32,000 nt of DNA from Vibrio vulnificus CMCP6. GTDB lineage: Bacteria; Pseudomonadota; Gammaproteobacteria; Enterobacterales; Vibrionaceae. Each line of letters opens with the position of its first letter. The first letter of the stretch is position 1. Below the pieces are notes generated by a model. That model searched no databases, was not told where the DNA came from, and saw only the letters and a list, made by a program, of their open reading frames with translations. Location of the stretch: contig NC_004459.3 in the NCBI RefSeq assembly GCF_000039765.1, positions 1,590,001 to 1,622,000 of the forward strand. The letters run 5' to 3'. The position numbers were made by a program, and so were the translations under genes. Positions 10,282 through 18,394 of the stretch are shown piece by piece.

Positions 10282-12192
10282 ATGGCAATCGAAATTAATG
10301 TACCTGATATCGGTGCGGATGAGGTTGAAGTTACTGAGATTCTTGTAAGCGTTGGCGACAAGGTTGAAGAAGAGCAGTCTCTCATTACTGTAGAAGGCGA
10401 CAAGGCTTCTATGGAAGTACCCGCCTCTCAAGCGGGTATTGTAAAAGAAATCAAAGTTGTTGCTGGCGATAAAGTAACAACAGGTTCTCTCATCATGGTC
10501 TTTGAAGTTGAAGCGGCCGGCGCTCCGGGTGCAGCAGCGGCTGCACCAGTTCCTGCTGTAGCACCAGTCGCTGCACCTGCAGCAGCAAGTGAACTGAAAG
10601 AAGTTTGTGTACCGGATATCGGTGGCGACGAAGTTGAAGTGACTGAAATCCTAGTTGCTGTTGGCGATTCCATCGCTGAAGAGCAATCTCTACTGACAGT
10701 AGAAGGTGACAAAGCTTCAATGGAAGTACCAGCACCATTCGCAGGTACTCTAAAAGAAATCAAAGTGGCAGCAGGCGATAAAGTGTCTACTGGCTCACTC
10801 GTGATGGTATTTGAAGTGGCGGGTTCGGGCGCAGCAGCACCTGCACCAGTTGCAGCAGCAGCTCCGGCGGCGGCTCCAGCAGCAGTCTCTGGAGTAAAAG
10901 AAGTTAACGTTCCTGATATCGGCGGCGACGAAGTTGAAGTCACTGAAATCATGGTTACCGTTGGCGATACAGTCTCTGAAGAGCAATCTCTGATTACTGT
11001 AGAAGGCGACAAAGCATCTATGGAAGTACCTGCACCTTTCGCTGGTACGGTTAAAGAAATCAAAGTTGCAGCTGGTGACAAAGTTTCTACTGGTTCTCTA
11101 ATCATGGTGTTCGAAGTTGCTGGCGCAGCGCCAGTTGCAGCAGCGGCACCCGCTCAAGCAGCGGCACCCGCTCAAGCAGCAGCTCCAGCTCCAGCGGTAG
11201 CTCCAGTAGCAAAAGCGGAAGCTCAAGCAACAACTAGTGATTTCAAAGAAAACGACGAGTATGCTCACGCATCTCCAGTGGTTCGTCGTCTAGCTCGCGA
11301 GTTCGGCGTAAATCTTTCTAAAGTGAAAGGTTCTGGTCGTAAGAGCCGAATCCTGAAAGAAGACGTTCAAGCTTACGTGAAAGACGCACTTAAGCGTCTT
11401 GAGTCTGGTGCAGTTGCAGCGGCTTCTGGTAAAGGCGATGGCGCAGCGCTTGGCCTACTACCATGGCCGAAAGTGGACTTCAGCAAGTTCGGTGAAACAG
11501 AAGTTCAGCCACTATCTCGCATTAAGAAGATCTCGGGTGCAAACCTACATCGTAACTGGGTAATGATCCCTCACGTTACACAGTGGGATAACGCGGATAT
11601 CACTGAGCTAGAAAACTTCCGTAAAGAGCAAAACGCGATTGAAGCGAAGAAAGACTCGGGCATGAAGATCACGCCACTTGTGTTCATCATGAAAGCGGCA
11701 GCGAAAGCACTAGAAGCATTCCCAGCGTTCAACTCTTCGCTATCAGACGACGGTGAAAGCTTGATTCTGAAGAAATACGTGAACATCGGTATTGCGGTGG
11801 ATACGCCAAATGGCCTAGTGGTTCCTGTCTTTAAAGACGTGAACAAGAAAGGCATCTACGAGCTATCTGAAGAACTGATGGTGGTTTCTAAGAAAGCACG
11901 TGCTGGTAAGCTGACTGCAGCGGACATGCAAGGTGGCTGTTTCACGATTTCAAGCCTAGGTGGTATCGGTGGTACTGCGTTTACACCAATCGTAAACGCG
12001 CCAGAAGTGGGTATCCTTGGTGTGTCTAAGTCTGAAATTAAGCCAGTTTGGAATGGTAAAGAGTTCGCTCCTCGCCTACAACTGCCTCTATCTCTATCAT
12101 ATGATCACCGTGTGATTGATGGTGCAGAAGGTGCGCGCTTCATTACTTACCTAAACGAGTGCCTATCTGACATTCGTCGTTTGGTTCTGTAA
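10282..12192 (+). CDS. aceF: Pyruvate dehydrogenase E2, dihydrolipoamide acetyltransferase with three lipoyl domains
   Basis: Three lipoyl domains each with the [12 protein letters not shown] lipoylation motif; E3/E1-binding domain [33 protein letters not shown]; catalytic [12 protein letters not shown]. Confidence 0.98.
   Translation: MAIEINVPDIGADEVEVTEILVSVGDKVEEEQSLITVEGDKASMEVPASQAGIVKEIKVVAGDKVTTGSLIMVFEVEAAGAPGAAAAAPVPAVAPVAAPAAASELKEVCVPDIGGDEVEVTEILVAVGDSIAEEQSLLTVEGDKASMEVPAPFAGTLKEIKVAAGDKVSTGSLVMVFEVAGSGAAAPAPVAAAAPAAAPAAVSGVKEVNVPDIGGDEVEVTEIMVTVGDTVSEEQSLITVEGDKASMEVPAPFAGTVKEIKVAAGDKVSTGSLIMVFEVAGAAPVAAAAPAQAAAPAQAAAPAPAVAPVAKAEAQATTSDFKENDEYAHASPVVRRLAREFGVNLSKVKGSGRKSRILKEDVQAYVKDALKRLESGAVAAASGKGDGAALGLLPWPKVDFSKFGETEVQPLSRIKKISGANLHRNWVMIPHVTQWDNADITELENFRKEQNAIEAKKDSGMKITPLVFIMKAAAKALEAFPAFNSSLSDDGESLILKKYVNIGIAVDTPNGLVVPVFKDVNKKGIYELSEELMVVSKKARAGKLTAADMQGGCFTISSLGGIGGTAFTPIVNAPEVGILGVSKSEIKPVWNGKEFAPRLQLPLSLSYDHRVIDGAEGARFITYLNECLSDIRRLVL
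10299..11124 (+). repeat. Three tandem lipoyl-domain coding repeats inside aceF (period about 300 bp)
   Basis: Units begin near 10299, 10611 and 10910 (protein [13 protein letters not shown]). Units 2 and 3 share long near-identical nucleotide stretches such as ggcGACGAAGTTGAAGT and GAAGAGCAATCTCT. Confidence 0.85.
11143..11178 (+). repeat. Perfect tandem 18-mer x2 in the Ala/Pro linker of aceF
   Basis: gcggcacccgctcaagca repeated head-to-tail, encoding the AAAPAQ repeat in [16 protein letters not shown]. Confidence 0.9.
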
Positions 12193-12245
12193 TCGACGTG
12201 AACATTGAGAGGCGGCCTAACAGCCGCCTCTGTTAATAGAATTAT

Positions 12246-12300
12246 CGGACAATTGGATGACAAGCGAGCACGCGTGTGTTTTTTGTCCATCGAATTGTCG
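12246..12300. repeat. Imperfect inverted repeat in the aceF-lpdA gap
   Basis: Left arm cggacaattggatgacaa (12246-12263) versus right arm ttgtccatcgaattgtcg (12283-12300). The reverse complement of the right arm, cgacaattcgatggacaa, matches the left arm apart from one substitution and two single-base bulges. Confidence 0.6.
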
Positions 12301-12449
12301 TCTGGCTCACAGGCTAAATTGATTTACTTTTCACACCATTAACATCTCTGTAAACTGTTGGCGGTCTGAAAATGTTTAAAACAAACCACTCTTAAACAAA
12401 AATCAAAACTCACTCAGCCTGTTAGGGATAATGACTACAAGAGGTCAAA

Positions 12450-13877
12450 ATGAGCAAAGAAATTAAAGCCCAGGTGGTAGTACTTGGTGCCGGTCCTGCT
12501 GGTTACTCCGCTGCATTCCGTTGTGCAGACTTAGGTCTGGACACTGTTCTTATTGAACGTTACAACACCCTTGGTGGTGTGTGTCTGAACGTGGGTTGTA
12601 TCCCATCGAAAGCACTGCTTCACGTTGCGAAAGTGATCGAAGAAGCAAAAGCGCTTGCTGAGCACGGCATCGTATTTGGTGAACCTCAAACAGACATCGA
12701 CAAAATTCGTCTTTGGAAAGAAAAAGTAATCAACCAGTTGACTGGCGGTCTTGGCGGTATGGCGAAGATGCGTAAAGTGAACGTGGTGAATGGCTTTGGT
12801 AAATTCACTGGCCCTAACACGATTGAAGTAGAAGGTGAAGACGGTAAAACCGTGGTTAACTTCGACAACGCGATCGTCGCTGCAGGTTCTCGCCCAATCA
12901 AATTGCCATTTATCCCACATGAAGACCCACGTATTTGGGACTCAACTGATGCGCTTGAACTGAAAGAAGTACCAGGAAAGCTGCTGATCATGGGTGGTGG
13001 TATCATCGGCCTAGAAATGGGTACCGTTTACCACTCGCTAGGTTCACAGATCGACGTTGTGGAAATGTTCGATCAAGTGATTCCAGCGGCAGACAAAGAT
13101 ATCGTGAAGGTTTACACCAAGCGTATCAGCAAGAAATTTAACCTAATGCTGGAAACGAAAGTAACGGCAGTTGAAGCGAAAGAAGATGGTATCTACGTTT
13201 CAATGGAAGGCAAAAAAGCACCAGCAGAAGCTGAGCGCTATGATGCGGTTCTTGTGGCTATCGGTCGTGTACCAAATGGCAAACTGATCGACGGTGAAAA
13301 AGCGGGTCTTGAAATCGATGAGCGCGGCTTCATCAACGTTGACAAGCAAATGCGTACTAACGTTCCTCACATCTTTGCTATCGGTGACATCGTTGGTCAA
13401 CCAATGCTAGCGCACAAAGGTGTGCATGAAGGCCACGTGGCTGCAGAAGTTATCTCAGGTAAGAAGCACTACTTCGATCCTAAAGTGATTCCTTCAATTG
13501 CTTACACTGAGCCAGAAGTGGCATGGGTTGGTAAGACTGAGAAAGAAGCAAAAGCAGAAGGCATCAACTACGAAGTGGCTACGTTCCCATGGGCAGCATC
13601 GGGTCGTGCAATCGCCTCTGACTGCGCTGACGGTATGACAAAGCTGATCTTTGATAAAGAAACGCATCGCGTTATCGGTGGTGCTATCGTTGGTACCAAC
13701 GGTGGTGAACTGCTTGGTGAAATCGGCCTTGCTATCGAGATGGGTTGTGATGCTGAAGATATCGCACTGACAATTCACGCTCACCCAACGCTACACGAAT
13801 CTGTTGGTCTAGCGGCGGAAGTGTTTGAAGGTACAATCACTGACCTACCAAACGCGAAAGCGAAGAAGAAAAAATAA
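12450..13877 (+). CDS. lpdA: Dihydrolipoyl dehydrogenase (E3)
   Basis: VVLGAGPAGYSAAFRCADLGL; redox-active GGVCLNVGCIPSKALLH; IGRVPNGK; AHPTLHESVGLAAEVFEG. Confidence 0.97.
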   Translation: MSKEIKAQVVVLGAGPAGYSAAFRCADLGLDTVLIERYNTLGGVCLNVGCIPSKALLHVAKVIEEAKALAEHGIVFGEPQTDIDKIRLWKEKVINQLTGGLGGMAKMRKVNVVNGFGKFTGPNTIEVEGEDGKTVVNFDNAIVAAGSRPIKLPFIPHEDPRIWDSTDALELKEVPGKLLIMGGGIIGLEMGTVYHSLGSQIDVVEMFDQVIPAADKDIVKVYTKRISKKFNLMLETKVTAVEAKEDGIYVSMEGKKAPAEAERYDAVLVAIGRVPNGKLIDGEKAGLEIDERGFINVDKQMRTNVPHIFAIGDIVGQPMLAHKGVHEGHVAAEVISGKKHYFDPKVIPSIAYTEPEVAWVGKTEKEAKAEGINYEVATFPWAASGRAIASDCADGMTKLIFDKETHRVIGGAIVGTNGGELLGEIGLAIEMGCDAEDIALTIHAHPTLHESVGLAAEVFEGTITDLPNAKAKKKK

Positions 13878-13900
13878 TCTTCTTAGCGAGTCGTCAAAAT

Positions 13901-13927
13901 AAAACCGCTGAATCATCAGCGGTTTTT
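13901..13927 (+). terminator. Intrinsic terminator downstream of lpdA
   Basis: AAAACCGCTGA stem, TCAGCGGTTTTTT. Confidence 0.85.
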
Positions 13928-13928
13928 T

Positions 13929-13964
13929 ATTTCTTCAAAAACGGCCCCACGTTTTTGAAGAAAT
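13929..13964. terminator. Perfect 15-bp stem hairpin (possible bidirectional terminator or transcription barrier)
   Basis: ATTTCTTCAAAAACG-gcccca-CGTTTTTGAAGAAAT. Confidence 0.6.
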
Positions 13965-13968
13965 AAAA

Positions 13969-13990
13969 AAGGTTGGCCGTAGCCAACCTT
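13969..13990 (-). terminator. Intrinsic terminator downstream of smcR
   Basis: AAGGTTGGC-cgta-GCCAACCTT. The - strand transcript continues into TTTTTTATTT. Confidence 0.85.
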
Positions 13991-14008
13991 GATATGAGGT
14001 TACTGGTG

Positions 14009-14626
14009 TTATTCGTGCTCGCGTTTATAGATGCATAGCATGTCTAAGTAGCTGCTGACCAGTTTGCTGAGCTCTGCGGTATTGTTGGTACGGTTTGCTT
14101 GAACAAACAGCGAGTAACAAATGCCGTGGAACAAGTTCGCCAAATCTTCTGGGTTGTGTTGGTCACACACTTCACCACGCTCAATGGCTTTGATGAACAT
14201 GTTTTGTACCAGTAATTGATTAGTACGGTTGGTGGTGACAAACAGAGGCCAAACTTCATCACGCGTCGACGCACTCCACTCGAACCAAACTTTCAACCAG
14301 TGATTGTCTTGCACCACAAGCTCAATCATTGCGTTGGTGATGTTGGCGATGTTTTCTTTAGCGTGAAGATCCAAATCGATGTTGTCAGATAGGAAATTAG
14401 AAAACTGACGAACGACATGGTTAAGCACTTCGTCTACAAGATCTTCGCGAGTTGGGAAGTAGTTGAAGACGGTCGCCACAGAAACTTGCGCAATTTCAGC
14501 GATGTCTGCGTGACCACCACGGCCAATGCCACGACGAGCAAACACTTCCAGTGCAATTTCCATGAGCTGCTGTTTACGTTTTAGCGGAGATAAGCGAGTT
14601 CGCGGTCTCTTTGCGATTGAGTCCAT
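14009..14626 (-). CDS. smcR: Quorum-sensing master transcriptional regulator, TetR family (LuxR/HapR/OpaR/SmcR)
   Basis: MDSIAKRPRTRLSPLKRKQQLMEIALEVFARRGIGRGGHADIAEIAQVSVATVFNYFPTREDLVDEVLNHV..., 205 aa from the internal Met. The N-terminal HTH is essentially that of Vibrio SmcR/LuxR. Confidence 0.97.
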   Translation of the reverse strand: MDSIAKRPRTRLSPLKRKQQLMEIALEVFARRGIGRGGHADIAEIAQVSVATVFNYFPTREDLVDEVLNHVVRQFSNFLSDNIDLDLHAKENIANITNAMIELVVQDNHWLKVWFEWSASTRDEVWPLFVTTNRTNQLLVQNMFIKAIERGEVCDQHNPEDLANLFHGICYSLFVQANRTNNTAELSKLVSSYLDMLCIYKREHE

Positions 14627-14665
14627 AGGTTGTTTCCTTACCAATGAGTTGGGGTACCGAGCTCG

Positions 14666-14684
14666 GGAACGGCTTAGCTGTTCC
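14666..14684 (-). other. Small hairpin in the smcR upstream/5'UTR region
   Basis: ggaacggc-tta-gctgttcc, an 8-bp stem with one imperfect pair. It lies 40 bp upstream of the smcR start. Confidence 0.4.
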
Positions 14685-14834
14685 TATTGATTGTTTTAAT
14701 AATTGCTTTTAGCTCCATGAGTGTAATGGTGCATATGCATTGGGTCAATAACTTATGGTGAATAAATGAACAGTAATGTCAATATTGATATCTATCTTGA
14801 GCAACTTTTATTTAAATTGGCATCGAGATCTCGT

Positions 14835-14856
14835 TTATTGATGTGATAGTAAATAG
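14835..14856. promoter_or_regulatory. Candidate SmcR/LuxR-family binding site in the smcR-hpt intergenic region
   Basis: TTATTGATGTGATAGTAAATAG matches 20 of 22 positions of the published SmcR consensus TTATTGATWWRWTWNTNAATAA by hand alignment. Confidence 0.65.
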
Positions 14857-14932
14857 CGTATTGCACTGGCACAACTTCTTCCTTTGGGGGTTAAAGATTG
14901 CTTTGCGGAGTGTTACACTACGCGAGAATTTC

Positions 14933-14948
14933 AGGTGAACGTTTGCGT
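14933..14948. promoter_or_regulatory. Candidate PurR operator upstream of hpt
   Basis: Reverse complement is ACGCAAACGTTCACCT. It matches the E. coli-type PurR consensus ANGCAANCGNTTNCNT at all defined positions but one. It ends 69 bp before the hpt start. Confidence 0.55.
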
Positions 14949-15017
14949 ATTGACCTAAGCGACACTTTGCTCGGGTACGAAACTCACCATTAGCAACTAT
15001 AAAACATTGAGTACAGT

Positions 15018-15548
15018 ATGAAACATACAGTAGAAGTTATGATTTCTGAGCAGACCGTTCAGGAACGAGTTCGTGAATTAGGTAAACAGATTACTGCGCA
15101 TTACCAAGGCAGTGAAGATCTTGTGCTAGTCGGCTTGCTACGTGGTTCGTTTGTTTTTATGGCGGATCTTGCTCGTGCCATTGAACTCACGCACCAAGTC
15201 GATTTTATGACGGCTTCTAGCTACGGTAATACAATGGAAAGCTCGCGTGACGTTCGCATTCTGAAAGATCTCGATGATGACATCAAAGGCAAGGATGTCT
15301 TGATCGTCGAAGACATTATCGACACAGGTAATACTCTGAACAAGATTAAAGAGATCCTGTCTTTAAGAGAACCTAAGTCTATCGAAATTTGTACCTTATT
15401 AGACAAGCCTTCACGTCGCGAAGTGCCTGTTCCAGTGAAGTGGATTGGCTTTGAGATCCCTGATGAGTTTGTTGTGGGTGTTGGTATCGACTACGCACAA
15501 AAATATCGTCATCTTCCTTTCATTGGTAAAGTGGTTCCACAAGAATAA
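15018..15548 (+). CDS. hpt: Hypoxanthine phosphoribosyltransferase
   Basis: [20 protein letters not shown] and the PRPP-binding motif [14 protein letters not shown], plus [27 protein letters not shown]. Confidence 0.96.
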   Translation: MKHTVEVMISEQTVQERVRELGKQITAHYQGSEDLVLVGLLRGSFVFMADLARAIELTHQVDFMTASSYGNTMESSRDVRILKDLDDDIKGKDVLIVEDIIDTGNTLNKIKEILSLREPKSIEICTLLDKPSRREVPVPVKWIGFEIPDEFVVGVGIDYAQKYRHLPFIGKVVPQE

Positions 15549-15570
15549 GTGGGCAAAGGTTGAGATAAAT

Positions 15571-15597
15571 AATGGCCCGCTGATACAGCGGGCCATT
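15571..15597. terminator. Bidirectional intrinsic terminator between hpt and can
   Basis: AATGGCCCGCTG-ata-CAGCGGGCCATT, a perfect 12-bp stem between convergent genes. Confidence 0.75.
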
Positions 15598-15647
15598 TGC
15601 CATGTTATCTCTAGAACACGGATTGTGTCGGCGGTCTAACGATGGCG

Positions 15648-16316
15648 CTATTCGTGAAACTTCATCACATCGCTATTGAGGATTTTTGCCATCGCAGCCT
15701 GATAGTTGACTTCGAGTGACTCTCGGCTGTAGCAACGCACGCCAATATCTTGCAGAAGGCCATCACCAATGCCATAGACAACGCCGTGAATTTCCACATC
15801 TTGTCCACGCTCCCAAGCGCTTTCCATAATCGTAGAATTGCCCAAGTTGTAGACTTGTTCTGCGACATTGATTTCACACAGTTTGTCGCCCCATTTCTCC
15901 TTCGGGAGCTCACCCAGCCAGTTACGATGCTTGAGGTAGAGATCGCGAATGTGCAGTAGCCAGTTATTGATCAAACCAAGGCGAGGATTTTCAATCGCAG
16001 CGTTTACCCCCCCACAACCGTAATGGCCACAGATGATGATGTGTTTGACTTTCAACACGTCAACAGCGTATTGCACAACCGAGAGGCAATTTAAATCGGT
16101 ATGGATCACTTGGTTGGCTACATTACGATGAACAAATAATTCACCCGAGTAAAGTCCTGTCAAGCGTTCTGCAGGAACGCGACTGTCGGAACAACCAATC
16201 CAAAGAAAGCCGGGATTTTGCCCTTCTTCTAATTTGGAGAAATACTCCGGTTGATGCGATTTGATCTCTTCGGACCATTTCGAGTTATTTTCAAATAGTT
16301 GCTTGATTTCCGGCAT
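15648..16316 (-). CDS. can: Beta-class carbonic anhydrase
   Basis: [32 protein letters not shown] and [13 protein letters not shown] carry the beta-CA Zn ligands. The likely start is [11 protein letters not shown], internal to the ORF track entry ending at 16376. Confidence 0.95.
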   Translation of the reverse strand: MPEIKQLFENNSKWSEEIKSHQPEYFSKLEEGQNPGFLWIGCSDSRVPAERLTGLYSGELFVHRNVANQVIHTDLNCLSVVQYAVDVLKVKHIIICGHYGCGGVNAAIENPRLGLINNWLLHIRDLYLKHRNWLGELPKEKWGDKLCEINVAEQVYNLGNSTIMESAWERGQDVEIHGVVYGIGDGLLQDIGVRCYSRESLEVNYQAAMAKILNSDVMKFHE

Positions 16317-16557
16317 GTTGCGTCTTACTTCCCTAAAAATTCTTGCATCACTATACACAATGTTACAATTTACCACCCGAAATAAATTGGCAGAAAAGCA
16401 CTCATCTGACTAGTTATGGCATAAAAAATCATAAACTTAGCCGTTAACCAAACCATAAGTTATATGGTGTGACTTATGAGATCTAATTAACACTTAACGA
16501 AATAGGTTAACTTTTGCTAAAGTTGCGCGATTTATGTTTTTTACAGGGAGCTGAGTG

Positions 16558-18228
16558 ATGTTTGGAGATCGTTTTAACGATATCAATCTGAAAGGGGATC
16601 TGTTTGGTGGGGTCACCACAGCCATTATTTCTCTGCCACTGGCATTAGCATTTGGAGTGGCCTCTGGCGCTGGGGCTGAAGCCGGTTTGTGGGGAGCGAT
16701 TTTAGTCGGTTTATTTGCAGCGTTATTTGGTGGTTCATCTACCCTGATTTCTGAACCGACCGGACCAATGACGGTGATCATGACCGCGGTATTAACCAGC
16801 ATGGTGGCGAAATACCCAGAATCTGGCATTGCCATCAGTTTTACCATCGTCATGATGGCTGGTGCCTTTCAGGTATTGATAGGCACATTGAAGTTAGGCA
16901 AATACATTACCCTAATGCCGTATAGCGTGGTGTCGGGTTTTATGTCTGGCATCGGCGTGATACTGATCATTTTGCAACTGTCCCCGTTACTTGGCCATGC
17001 TGCGCCTGCCGGTGGGGTTCTTGGCACACTTTCTGCGTTGCCTGAGACTATTTCCAACATGAAGTTTAGTGAGTTTTTCCTTGGCTTACTGACGTTGGGC
17101 ATTCTGTTCTTTTTCCCTAAACAGTACCGCAAATATGTTCCTGCGCAATTGGTCGCGTTGGTGGCGGTCACGCTGCTTTCTGTCATCATTTTTGATTTTG
17201 ACGATGTGCGCCGAATTGGCGAAATTCCAACGGGCCTACCTTCTCTTGTCGTGCCTGTGATTAATGGTGAAATCTTCACTGCGATGGTGATTGATGCTTT
17301 GGTGCTGGGCACGCTCGGTTGTATTGATACCTTATTGACGGCCGTGATTGGTGACTCTCTGACGCGTAAAGAGCATGATTCAGATAAAGAGCTGCGCGGG
17401 CAAGGTTTGGCGAACATGATCTCGGGTCTGTTTGGTGCGCTGCCTGGTGCGGGCGCGACCATGGGCACAGTGACTAATATTCAAGTGGGGGCGCGTTCTC
17501 CGTTATCTGGCGTGATTCGCGCCTTGATTCTGGCGCTGGTTGTTCTGGTCGCGAGCGGATTGACCGAGCCTATCCCAATGGCAGTTTTGGCGGGGATTGC
17601 GGTGTACGTCGGTTTCGGCATTTTGGACTGGAGCTTCATTCAACGCGCGCACCGCGTGAGCGTGCAAGGCATGGCGATCATGTATGGCGTGATGTTGCTG
17701 ACGGTGTTTGTTGATCTGATTGTGGCGGGGGGGCTAGGTGTCTTCATTTCCAATATCCTTATTATCGAGCGCCTCAGTCGCGTGCAAGCCAAGCAAGTGA
17801 AAGCAATCAGTGACGCGGATGAAAACGATGTGCCACTGACGGACAGCGAGCGTGGCTTGCTTGATCGTGCTAATGGCAAAGTGCTGTTTTTTTACCTCTC
17901 TGGCCCGATGATTTTCAGTGTCTCGAAAGCGATCTCGCGTCAGCACAGCAGCATTGCCGATTACGAAGCGATGATTCTCGATCTGACCGACGTGCCGATG
18001 ATTGATGTCACCGTTGGCCTCGCATTAGAAAACGCCATTAAAGATGCGCAAGAAGCTCAATGCGATGTCTACTTACTCTGCCCGAATGAGCGAGTTCGTG
18101 AGCAGCTTGAAAAGTTCCACGTGCTGGATTTGGTGCCGGATGAAAATACCTTTAAATTCCGCTATGAAGCACTCAACGCTGCGGTGAATAAAGTTGAGCA
18201 AGATGAGCACCAAGGCGCGTTTGTTTAA
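16558..18228 (+). CDS. SulP family anion transporter with C-terminal STAS domain (sulfate or bicarbonate type)
   Basis: Multi-TM protein: GDLFGGVTTAIISLPLALAFGVASGAGAEAGLWGAILVGLFAALFGGSSTLISEPTGPMTVIMT. The C-terminal YLSGPMIFSVSKAISRQHSSIADYEAMILDLTDVPMIDVTVGLALENAI is STAS-like. Substrate is not determinable from sequence. Confidence 0.88.
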   Translation: MFGDRFNDINLKGDLFGGVTTAIISLPLALAFGVASGAGAEAGLWGAILVGLFAALFGGSSTLISEPTGPMTVIMTAVLTSMVAKYPESGIAISFTIVMMAGAFQVLIGTLKLGKYITLMPYSVVSGFMSGIGVILIILQLSPLLGHAAPAGGVLGTLSALPETISNMKFSEFFLGLLTLGILFFFPKQYRKYVPAQLVALVAVTLLSVIIFDFDDVRRIGEIPTGLPSLVVPVINGEIFTAMVIDALVLGTLGCIDTLLTAVIGDSLTRKEHDSDKELRGQGLANMISGLFGALPGAGATMGTVTNIQVGARSPLSGVIRALILALVVLVASGLTEPIPMAVLAGIAVYVGFGILDWSFIQRAHRVSVQGMAIMYGVMLLTVFVDLIVAGGLGVFISNILIIERLSRVQAKQVKAISDADENDVPLTDSERGLLDRANGKVLFFYLSGPMIFSVSKAISRQHSSIADYEAMILDLTDVPMIDVTVGLALENAIKDAQEAQCDVYLLCPNERVREQLEKFHVLDLVPDENTFKFRYEALNAAVNKVEQDEHQGAFV

Positions 18229-18255
18229 GCGTGTAAATCGGTGAATGAGTCGTAG

Positions 18256-18285
18256 AAAAACGCAGAGGTCTTCCTCTGCGTTTTT
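18256..18285 (+). terminator. Intrinsic terminator after the SulP gene
   Basis: AAAAACGCAGAGG-tctt-CCTCTGCGTTTTT. Confidence 0.88.
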
Positions 18286-18394
18286 ATTATCCGTGCGGGC
18301 AGTTTTTTATGATTAATTGCTAATGTAGGGTTGAAAAATCGCCACTAAAGCGTCATTTGATAGGCATCATAGAGAAAAAGAGCAATACAACATT

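Noticed and set aside
10428-11105. Long antisense ORF (225 aa) opposite aceF, and similar antisense ORFs 10493-10738 and 7388-7603
   Set aside because: They mirror the GC-ordered, repetitive lipoyl and Ala/Pro-coding DNA or other strong CDS. Translations are low-complexity echoes of the repeats, with no family motif.
14652-14665. GGGTACCGAGCTCG, whose reverse complement equals a 14-nt piece of the pUC-type polylinker (CGAGCTCGGTACCC), which could suggest vector contamination or an engineered junction
   Set aside because: The match stops after 14 nt and flanking DNA is continuous Vibrio smcR promoter sequence with no EcoRI/SmaI/BamHI remainder of the polylinker. A coincidental pair of 6-bp palindromes is more likely. 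Alignment to other strains' smcR upstream regions would settle it.
16317-16376. 20-residue N-terminal extension of the carbonic anhydrase ORF
   Set aside because: The [11 protein letters not shown] start matches the usual start of Can-type proteins. The extension reads into the divergent promoter region, so it is probably untranslated.
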